NCBI GenBank assembly: GCA_016933055.1
Contig: JAFGBS010000009.1
Coordinates: 660,001-692,000, forward strand
Reading direction: 5' to 3'
Length of the DNA stretch: 32,000 bases
Origin: Promethearchaeota archaeon
GTDB lineage: Archaea; Asgardarchaeota; Lokiarchaeia; Sigyniarchaeales; Promethearchaeaceae
Positions 26,263 to 32,000 of this stretch are shown piece after piece. Below the pieces are notes generated by a model, which was not told the DNA's origin, did no database searches, and saw nothing but the letters and a program-made list of their open reading frames with translations. The position numbers and the translations under genes were made by a program. Positions within the stretch are counted from its first letter, which is position 1. Each line of letters begins with the position of its first letter.

Positions 26263-27615
26263 TTAGACATAATCCCGAAATAGATATAATTTCACATTTT
26301 GGTGTTTTTCCATATCGAGATTCTTTACATAATTTACCGCAAAAATACTTTTTACTCCACGTTCGGAAGCTTTATCAAGCAATCTTTGACTTACAACCCC
26401 ATCTAAAATTAATACTGATAAACTCTCTGTGGCATCTATTGTCGAATACACCTTGGTATTTCCTACACGGAATAACTCTTTTTTATCGCCATCTAAACCT
26501 AGTGCTTCATTGGTTGCAAGGATAGATTTTATTTGTTCAATTATTGCCGGATCAACATTATCCTTGGGAATACTATCTCGACGAGTTGGAGGTTTTCTGG
26601 TTTTACTGGGAAACTTGGATTTAGAGCTGGGAAACTGACTTCTACGGCGCTTATCCGTTCTCGAATGTTGTCCATCATTCCTAGAACTCTTAGTTCTAGA
26701 TCCATAATCTCTCTTACTATCATTTCGATGATTATGATCGTTTCCGTTTTGTTTTATTTCCTTATCCTTATTTATGAGATATTCTTGTAGCGTGACTTTG
26801 TTTTTCAAATATTTTATTATCTCTTTCCTAGTCAAGTCTTCAACCATTTCTCCTCGAATCGCGGGTTGTGCAATATAATCAATATCTGCTACTTGAAGCA
26901 ATTCTTCTAGAATCATCTGGCCTCCTCGATCATTATCTACGAAAGCAATTGTAGACTTCTTTTTAGATAATTCGATAATAGTTTTGGGGACACTGGTTCC
27001 TTGAGTAGCAATTGCATTTTTGAATCCAGCACGCATAAGAGCTTTAACATCTGCAGCACCTTCACAAATGATAATTTGTTGGGATGATTCTACATCTTCC
27101 CCCGCAGGCAGTTCTTCCGGACCATAATGAACCAATTCCCCCGTACGGAGTTTAGATAGGATAGATTCCCCTACTTCCTCCTTTAAAGGTGTGTTCTGCT
27201 CCCATTGCTGCAATAGTTCCGTAGCTCGATCCATAATCTTCTTACGCTTGTCTTCTCGAATATCTTGGATTTGAACCAATTGCATTTGAGCGGAACAAGG
27301 TCCAACGCGGTCTACAGATTCAATAGTTGCCGCAAGAATTGCAGTTTCTACTCGATCAAGGCTGGAAGGAATTAGAATTTGTCCTTTGCTTATCCCTTTT
27401 TCTGCTTTATTCTGCTGCACTTGGATACGCCCGATTCTGCCACTCTTTTGGAGTTCTCTTAATTCCAAATCGTTTAGGAGACCTTCAGTTTGGCCAAATA
27501 AAGCTCCTATGATGTCGAAATCGCTAACAATGCCCTTTACGTTGTAGTCTATTTTTATGATGTATTTAGTTGTAGTAAATTGATCTTGGTCTTTTGAATC
27601 AACTATATTTACCAT
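26263..27615 (-). CDS. dnaG: Archaeal DnaG (TOPRIM; exosome-associated primase-like protein)
   Basis: TTKYII, DIIGALFGQTEGLL, LRELQKSGRIGRI, SSLDRVETAILAA..E..DRVGPC, CEGAADV, DNDRGG, DGVVSQRLLD. ATG 27615 has SD GAGGTGA. Confidence 0.95.
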   Translation of the reverse strand: MVNIVDSKDQDQFTTTKYIIKIDYNVKGIVSDFDIIGALFGQTEGLLNDLELRELQKSGRIGRIQVQQNKAEKGISKGQILIPSSLDRVETAILAATIESVDRVGPCSAQMQLVQIQDIREDKRKKIMDRATELLQQWEQNTPLKEEVGESILSKLRTGELVHYGPEELPAGEDVESSQQIIICEGAADVKALMRAGFKNAIATQGTSVPKTIIELSKKKSTIAFVDNDRGGQMILEELLQVADIDYIAQPAIRGEMVEDLTRKEIIKYLKNKVTLQEYLINKDKEIKQNGNDHNHRNDSKRDYGSRTKSSRNDGQHSRTDKRRRSQFPSSKSKFPSKTRKPPTRRDSIPKDNVDPAIIEQIKSILATNEALGLDGDKKELFRVGNTKVYSTIDATESLSVLILDGVVSQRLLDKASERGVKSIFAVNYVKNLDMEKHQNVKLYLFRDYV

Positions 27616-27926
27616 TGTAGTCACCTCGATCCAGCATTTTCCTACTATCAATTGTCTTGAGCAATTGAGATCATTGGTAATCTGTTTTGGGACATAATCC
27701 CGTGATTTTAATTATGAAACTGTGAGGTGAATGCTGGACGAATTGTTTTAAGCTAATCTACTTATGATTCCCTTAACGAGCTCAGTTAAATTCGTCTTGT
27801 TTAACCGTAATATCGTTATTGTGATGAAATCGTAATAGTTTTGGTATAATATTCAACCATTTTGGCTGAACTAACCGTTTTCGGCTATGAAAATAAGCGA
27901 TTCCAATCTTAAAAATTTTTCCTCTA

Positions 27927-29303
27927 TTATTTTGCGATAGCTTTCTCTTTAGGGATTTCAATTTTTTCAACTAAATGAGGCTGAATTAGTTTCAAACTGA
28001 TAATAAATGGAATGATTAAAGCTAATTCTACAAATATAGAGATAATAAAAGGCAATTGTGCTTTTAAATCAAACACAAATCCACCAATAATGGGACCTAT
28101 AGTAGCTCCAATCCGAGAAAGCCATGACACCATTCCAAATATTTTCCCTCGGTGTGCTTTGGAGACTCGACTAAGAAAATTCTGAAATATCAACCCTCCT
28201 GCCATTGCAAATGAAATATCTACCAATAAAAGGATGCCAAATGACCATCCATTAATCAAATTGATCAGTATCAATGTAAATAATGCTCCAAGCGTTGAAA
28301 CTATCGGCATTCCAATCGTGGGTTTAATCTTATCACAAATTTTACCGATAAGAGGGGATAAAATTTGTCCTAAGACTGGACCAGGAAAGTAAATAAGCAT
28401 AATATATACATCATCAGAATTGATCCAATCCCTCAAAATATCGCCTGGAATGATATAATCCCTGACATATATTTGCGTGAATGGTTCTGCTATAGTTTGG
28501 TTCACTGAACTGAAGAATACAGTAATTCCAAAGACGAGAAAAGCGATAAAGAGCGCTTTTGAGAAACGACTTGTATCAGATGTATCGTGGGATGGAACTG
28601 CATCTTTTAGAGCTCGAATTTCTGGATTTGTAATCAATCCATTTCGAATAATCTCATCAATAGTGATATTCTCATCTACTTTCTTGTAAAATATGATTCC
28701 GGCATAAATATTTGCCAAAAAAAACAATATAAGAGGGGAATATTGGAGAGTTAAATTACCAGGTAAGTAGTAATTAACGCTAGCGAAAATACCTATACTT
28801 ATAATACTGCCTACTAAGTTACCTAAACCAATCAACCCAAATCTTCGCCCAAATGCATAGGATCGTTTGGTTTTATAGGATTTTTGGGAAATTAAGGCAT
28901 CCAGAGGAGGCCAAAACAAAGCTACAGAAAAACCCAGAATAAAAGCTCCGATGACGAAGATTTCTAATCTTTTCAATAAAATTCCACTATATATAACCAA
29001 ATAACTAGAGCCTCTACCTATAGATCCGATTAGTACAAGTAATTTTTTATTCAATATTTTATCTGTAAGCCATCCAGAAAGAGGAGATGAAAGCAAAGCT
29101 CCAAATATTTGTGCTGACCAGATAAAACCTAACTCTCTACCTCCAACTTGGAGAATTGTATCTGCAACTTGAGGAATAATAAAACCGAAGAAAAAAAACC
29201 CCAAGGAGTTCCAAAAGACAATTCGGAGCATTTTGTCAAAATCAGGAGTGAAATATTGCGCATCCGCATGTTTGTTTTTCCGATAATTCTTAAACAATTT
29301 CAT
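27927..29303 (-). CDS. MFS transporter (substrate unknown)
   Basis: About 12 TM segments; motif-A-like GWLTDK and GKICDKI; RGKIFG...GATIGPIIGGFVFD. Confidence 0.88.
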   Translation of the reverse strand: MKLFKNYRKNKHADAQYFTPDFDKMLRIVFWNSLGFFFFGFIIPQVADTILQVGGRELGFIWSAQIFGALLSSPLSGWLTDKILNKKLLVLIGSIGRGSSYLVIYSGILLKRLEIFVIGAFILGFSVALFWPPLDALISQKSYKTKRSYAFGRRFGLIGLGNLVGSIISIGIFASVNYYLPGNLTLQYSPLILFFLANIYAGIIFYKKVDENITIDEIIRNGLITNPEIRALKDAVPSHDTSDTSRFSKALFIAFLVFGITVFFSSVNQTIAEPFTQIYVRDYIIPGDILRDWINSDDVYIMLIYFPGPVLGQILSPLIGKICDKIKPTIGMPIVSTLGALFTLILINLINGWSFGILLLVDISFAMAGGLIFQNFLSRVSKAHRGKIFGMVSWLSRIGATIGPIIGGFVFDLKAQLPFIISIFVELALIIPFIISLKLIQPHLVEKIEIPKEKAIAK

Positions 29304-29396
29304 TTAATGAGGGACTCCTACCGTTAATGGTTGGTACAACCCGTAACTTAAAGGATTTTCCGAAAGAATTTTTATGATTTTGAATTCTCTTTGATA

Positions 29397-30479
29397 ATGC
29401 AACTCTTGATTTTCGGTGGTAAAGGTGGTGTAGGTAAGAGTTCAATATCCGCAGCTACTGCTGTAAAATTATCTGAACTTGTTCCGAAAACTAGTAATAT
29501 TTTACTTATTTCATTTGATATTGCCCATAATCTCTCTGATTTATTTGAAAGACCAATTGGGAATGAATTAACTCAAATTTTACCTAATTTATGGGCTATT
29601 GAACCGGATCCTGAATTGTATGCCCAGAAAGTCACCCAACGATTCGGAGAACTTATGCGCGAATTCATATCCTCCATGCCTATAGTCAGAAAAATGCCTA
29701 AATTGGAAGAATATATAGAAAACACATTCACAACCAAATCTATGACATTATCCATGAAAAACGCACTATTCTTCCAAAGAATCATTGATGCCGACGACAT
29801 TATTGAAGATATGAAAGATGCTGATTCTGCTATTCAAAATTTCGATTTATTACAGAAAATGAAATTTGATTATATCGTAGCGGATTTCCCTCCCACAGGT
29901 AATATGATTTCCCTATTTGAGGTACCTAAAAATACCATACAGATTGTATTGAAATCCACACTTACACTGTTCTCGGAAATGAAAGAATTTTTCAAGAATA
30001 TTCAAAAAGCAACAAAAATCTTGAATCCATTTTCAAAAGGCACAACAGAAGACCAGAAAAATCGTTCTAAAGAAATCCTTGAAATAATTAATAATGTAGA
30101 AAAACGTGCAGAACGAGTGACTAACTTAATGCGGGAATCGGGGTCTTTACGGCTAGTAACAATTCCAGAAAAACCAAGTTATGAAGAATTAAAACGAGCA
30201 AGAGACCTCACAACATCGTATATTAATCTAGATGCAGTTCATATTAATCGAATTATCCATGAGAAATATCACCGATGTGAAATGTGCAGAAAAGTTCGTA
30301 AGATCCAAAATAAATATATTCAAGCTATTGAGTCAGATTTTTCTAATATAATGATCTGGAAATCCCATATGCTTCTTGAAGAACCCATCGGATTAAATGG
30401 ATTAAAAAAGCTAGGAAATGAAATTTTTGGTTCTATAATTGACGCACAATCAATTCTAAAACCAGAACCAACTCAGTGA
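29397..30479 (+). CDS. ArsA/Get3(TRC40)-family ATPase, single domain, Get3-like
   Basis: Deviant Walker A GGKGGVGKS, SFDIAHNLSD, DFPPTGN, VTIPE, CEMC at 30276-30287 followed by QNKYI...EPIGLNGL. ATG 29397 preferred over TTG 29391. Confidence 0.88.
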   Translation: MQLLIFGGKGGVGKSSISAATAVKLSELVPKTSNILLISFDIAHNLSDLFERPIGNELTQILPNLWAIEPDPELYAQKVTQRFGELMREFISSMPIVRKMPKLEEYIENTFTTKSMTLSMKNALFFQRIIDADDIIEDMKDADSAIQNFDLLQKMKFDYIVADFPPTGNMISLFEVPKNTIQIVLKSTLTLFSEMKEFFKNIQKATKILNPFSKGTTEDQKNRSKEILEIINNVEKRAERVTNLMRESGSLRLVTIPEKPSYEELKRARDLTTSYINLDAVHINRIIHEKYHRCEMCRKVRKIQNKYIQAIESDFSNIMIWKSHMLLEEPIGLNGLKKLGNEIFGSIIDAQSILKPEPTQ

Positions 30480-30632
30480 TTTGTATCAATTCATGAGTTT
30501 CCAATGCATTATTTTTCAACGGTTAAATAGCTGTTTAATTTAGTAATTCCTAAACAATCTCAAAAAACACCTATGATCTGAATGCACAAGTTTCATATTA
30601 ATTCTCATATGTAGATAAGTAAAGTCGATAAA

Positions 30633-30974
30633 ATGATAAAAATGACTCTATCTAAAGTTTTGGAATATCCCGAAGGAATTGATCAAGTAGCGTTTAATGC
30701 GAGTGTATCTGATGGGAAAGTTCTAATCGATGTGTATACGGACTGGTGTGGGCCTTGTAAACGAGTAAAACCGATTTTTAAGGAATTATCCCAAGAATTC
30801 CCTGATGTCAAATTTCTCTCTCTCGATCTAGATAACGCAAGATGGATTGGAGAGAGATTTGAAATCCATGCAATTCCTACCTTCCTGTTTTTCAAAGACG
30901 GCCAAATGATCTATAAGCACCTCGGTGCGATGGGTAAAGATGGATTTATTCGATTGATCGAGGCTAAATTTTGA
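30633..30974 (+). CDS. trxA: Thioredoxin
   Basis: DVYTDWCGPCK active site and AIPTFLFFKDG cis-Pro loop; start at 30633 or 30642. Confidence 0.93.
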   Translation: MIKMTLSKVLEYPEGIDQVAFNASVSDGKVLIDVYTDWCGPCKRVKPIFKELSQEFPDVKFLSLDLDNARWIGERFEIHAIPTFLFFKDGQMIYKHLGAMGKDGFIRLIEAKF

Positions 30975-30975
30975 A

Positions 30976-32000
30976 ATGTCAGAATTACATCAGGTACAAG
31001 AGTTTACCAAAGAAATTTCAGAAAAAGAGTTTAAATCCATATTAATAGATAATGATTTAGTTGTTGTTGACTGCTATGCCGATTGGTGCTCTCCTTGCTT
31101 GCAATTTAGACCGATATTTGAGAAACTTTCTAATGAATACACGAATATTAAGTTTATTTCAATAGACACTGATGGAACACAATGGATTGGGGAGAAATAT
31201 GACATAGATTCCATTCCCCGGTTCCTCTTTTTCAAAAATGCCCATTTAGTTTATGAGCATAAGGGTGCCTCACCGCTAGAGGTTTTTGAATATTTTATAA
31301 AAACTAAACTCCTAGGATTGCAGCTTTTAGATGAAATTAAAGAGGGTATTACCGAATCCGAATTTGAGGAACTCATAAAGGAATACGGGAAGCTAATAGT
31401 GGAGTTTCATCCCAGTGAGGACGATGAATCTGAACAACTGAAACCATTTTACATACCATTAATGGAAAATTATCCCGAAATAAAATTTCTTATAATAGAG
31501 TTAGATAGCAAGAAAACTCAATGGGCTCGAAAACGGTTCAATATAAAGGATCACTTTCCGTATTTCATAATATTTAACAATGGAGAAAATGTGTTATCTC
31601 ACCACATTCATCATCCAGAAGCGATAAAATACGCAATCGAGGAAAAATTATTAGGTAGAACACCCTTCACCCATGATTCACTTATGCCGGAGGAAAAATT
31701 TGACACCATAATCAATGCATATGAAAATGCTATTGTATTTATTATGAAAGAAGGCAGCAATACGAGTTCCACATTGCGGAATTATTTGTTCCACGTTGCT
31801 GAAAAATTTCCTGACCTCCCTATGGTTGCTTTAAAACTCGAAGAAAATCCCTGGTTAGTGGATAAATTCGGATTAGAAAAAGCTGAATTCACTCGATATG
31901 GAGAGGAAGGGAAAAAAATTCCATATTTCATATTTTATAAAAATAGTGAGATTGTTCATGAAACAGGACCAGTTGTTCCCACGCAATTTGAAGATACAAT
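30976..32000 (+). CDS. Tandem multi-thioredoxin-fold protein (one CxxC domain plus at least two Cys-less domains; 3' end outside the window)
   Basis: Not in ORF track. Hand translation from ATG 30976 is open to the end (341 codons): WCSPC at 31084-31098, then two repeats with the Trx pattern (EF..LI....LIVEF...YPEIKFL.I.LD..QW...F.I..FPYFIIFNNG) lacking CxxC. Confidence 0.85.
   Translation, partial: MSELHQVQEFTKEISEKEFKSILIDNDLVVVDCYADWCSPCLQFRPIFEKLSNEYTNIKFISIDTDGTQWIGEKYDIDSIPRFLFFKNAHLVYEHKGASPLEVFEYFIKTKLLGLQLLDEIKEGITESEFEELIKEYGKLIVEFHPSEDDESEQLKPFYIPLMENYPEIKFLIIELDSKKTQWARKRFNIKDHFPYFIIFNNGENVLSHHIHHPEAIKYAIEEKLLGRTPFTHDSLMPEEKFDTIINAYENAIVFIMKEGSNTSSTLRNYLFHVAEKFPDLPMVALKLEENPWLVDKFGLEKAEFTRYGEEGKKIPYFIFYKNSEIVHETGPVVPTQFEDT

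Noticed and set aside
15802-30895. Short overlapping ORFs in the right half (e.g. 16107-16334, 18282-18467, 20730-20963, 22022-22333, 22937-23323, 26199-26525, 26533-26790, 27782-27970, 30683-30895)
   Set aside because: Shadows of real genes or low-complexity AT-rich frames without motifs or ribosome-binding signals. 27782-27970 overlaps the MFS 3' end out of frame and has no family signature.
21405-30974. A dispersed arsenic-resistance system (ArsC-like, ArsA-like, MFS, thioredoxin)
   Set aside because: The phosphatase lacks the ArsC redox cysteines, the ATPase is single-domain with Get3-type features, and no arsR, arsD, arsB or acr3 is present.
1-32000. CRISPR arrays, tRNA/rRNA genes, IS elements, integrases or prophage genes
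   Set aside because: No regularly spaced direct repeats, cloverleaf-like GC-rich segments, terminal inverted repeats or transposase/integrase motifs were seen by eye, and intergenic gaps are short and AT-rich. tRNAscan-SE/Infernal would be needed to exclude small RNAs formally.

Overview
AT-rich archaeal chromosomal DNA, almost certainly from an Asgard archaeon (probably Lokiarchaeia-like; class is inferred). Evidence: archaeal-type DnaG, PheRS, PPAT and SecE alongside eukaryotic signature proteins (Rab-like GTPase, Vps2/24/46-type ESCRT-III). The left 14 kb is dominated by one tightly packed 13-gene minus-strand operon: korDABC-hdrA-mvhDGA-[NiFe] maturation protease-hdrC-hdrB-frdB-like-frdA-like. 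It places a 2-oxoacid:ferredoxin oxidoreductase, an electron-bifurcating MvhADG-HdrABC hydrogenase and a soluble, anchor-less fumarate-reductase-like enzyme in a single unit. The right half holds transporters, a membrane metallophosphoesterase, a HEAT/Rab/MIT-or-TPR-like/ESCRT-III micro-cluster, an LMW phosphatase, coaD (5' end disrupted by a pentanucleotide repeat), pheST, secE, dnaG, a Get3-like ATPase, thioredoxin and a tandem multi-thioredoxin protein running off the window. Two real partial CDSs at the window edges (1-504, 30976-32000) are missing from the ORF track and were translated by hand. I saw no rRNA, tRNA, CRISPR or mobile element. All family assignments come from motif recognition, not database searches.
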